Assembly: GCA_964437865.1 (NCBI GenBank)
Contig: CAYTJG010000001.1
Location: 5,544-69,543 of the forward strand
Direction: 5' to 3'
Length of the DNA stretch: 64,000 nucleotides
Origin: an uncultured Bifidobacteriaceae bacterium
GTDB taxonomy: Bacteria; Verrucomicrobiota; Verrucomicrobiia; Limisphaerales; UBA11358
Shown here: in pieces, positions 63,827 to 64,000 of the stretch
Position numbering within the stretch: the stretch's first letter is position 1
How the letters are laid out: the number at the start of each line of letters is the position of its first letter
Program-made: the position numbers and the translations under genes
Notes under the pieces: model-generated
The model's database searches: none
Told to the model about the DNA's origin: nothing
The model's input: only the letters and a program-made list of their open reading frames with translations

Positions 63827-64000
63827 AAGACTGACAGCTTGCTTGGCAGACATGGGGAGCCGTGTTAAACTTAATAACAGTTCAATTGAAAAACCTTTCA
63901 GACCAAGATTATTCCCCAGCGAAGGAAATTGGCGAACCTCTGAAGCAGTGCAGACGCGCGTTCCTGGCACTAATCTGGTTTGTTTTCAGCACCGGAGTTC

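Noticed and set aside
1-64000. A search for CRISPR arrays, tRNA/rRNA genes, IS elements, integrases, prophage or known defence-system genes.
   Set aside because: No regularly spaced direct repeats, no tRNA-like T-arm strings in intergenic regions, and no transposase, integrase, Cas or restriction-type motifs appeared in any ORF translation. The window looks like core or accessory metabolic chromosome rather than a mobile or defence island.

Overview
A 64-kb, gene-dense bacterial chromosomal segment with about 50 genes and moderately high GC. The protein repertoire suggests the PVC superphylum, most likely Verrucomicrobiota. That inference rests on the prepilin-type '[18 protein letters not shown]' pseudopilin-like proteins, the giant LamG/Ig-like secreted proteins, the DUF2934 mini-proteins and hopanoid hpnJ. 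The left part (1-27 kb) holds regulators and envelope functions. These are a REC protein, an MlaA-hydrolase fusion, PilT, a GAF/sigma-54 activator, an HpnI-like glycosyltransferase, and an OMF-YtcA-HlyD-FUSC-FUSC efflux operon with a tandemly duplicated FUSC gene. It also holds a thioredoxin-like protein, Usp, HpnJ, an AhpD-like protein, an S41 protease and a sigma-70 factor. The right part (27-63 kb), almost entirely on the + strand, holds two carbohydrate loci. (i) An AraC-flanked block: pseudopilin-like protein, 1025-aa LamG/Big2 protein, divergent glycyl radical enzyme (GRE), GRE activase, FucP-like symporter, GH29 fucosidase. (ii) A fructan locus with three GH32 paralogs (one frameshifted), fructokinase, an MFS sugar porter, a second LamG + pseudopilin pair, an orphan sugar-binding protein and two hybrid regulators. 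No rRNA, tRNA, CRISPR array, transposase or integrase was recognised. At least five gene remnants produced by large deletions are scattered through the window (PPK2, GlgP, HpnA, a sigma-54 activator paralog, a possible HigBA pair). The best candidate for an undescribed system is the GRE-activase pair, which has an atypical Cys loop and is wired to fucose uptake and release. The other is a recurring set of pseudopilin-like protein, LamG/Ig surface protein and a shared C-terminal 'F-[FY]-[RE]-[LVI]' domain that decorates both glycan loci. All calls were made by eye from the ORF translations and remembered family motifs. No database search, HMM or alignment program was run, so family names are provisional and identity levels are rough.
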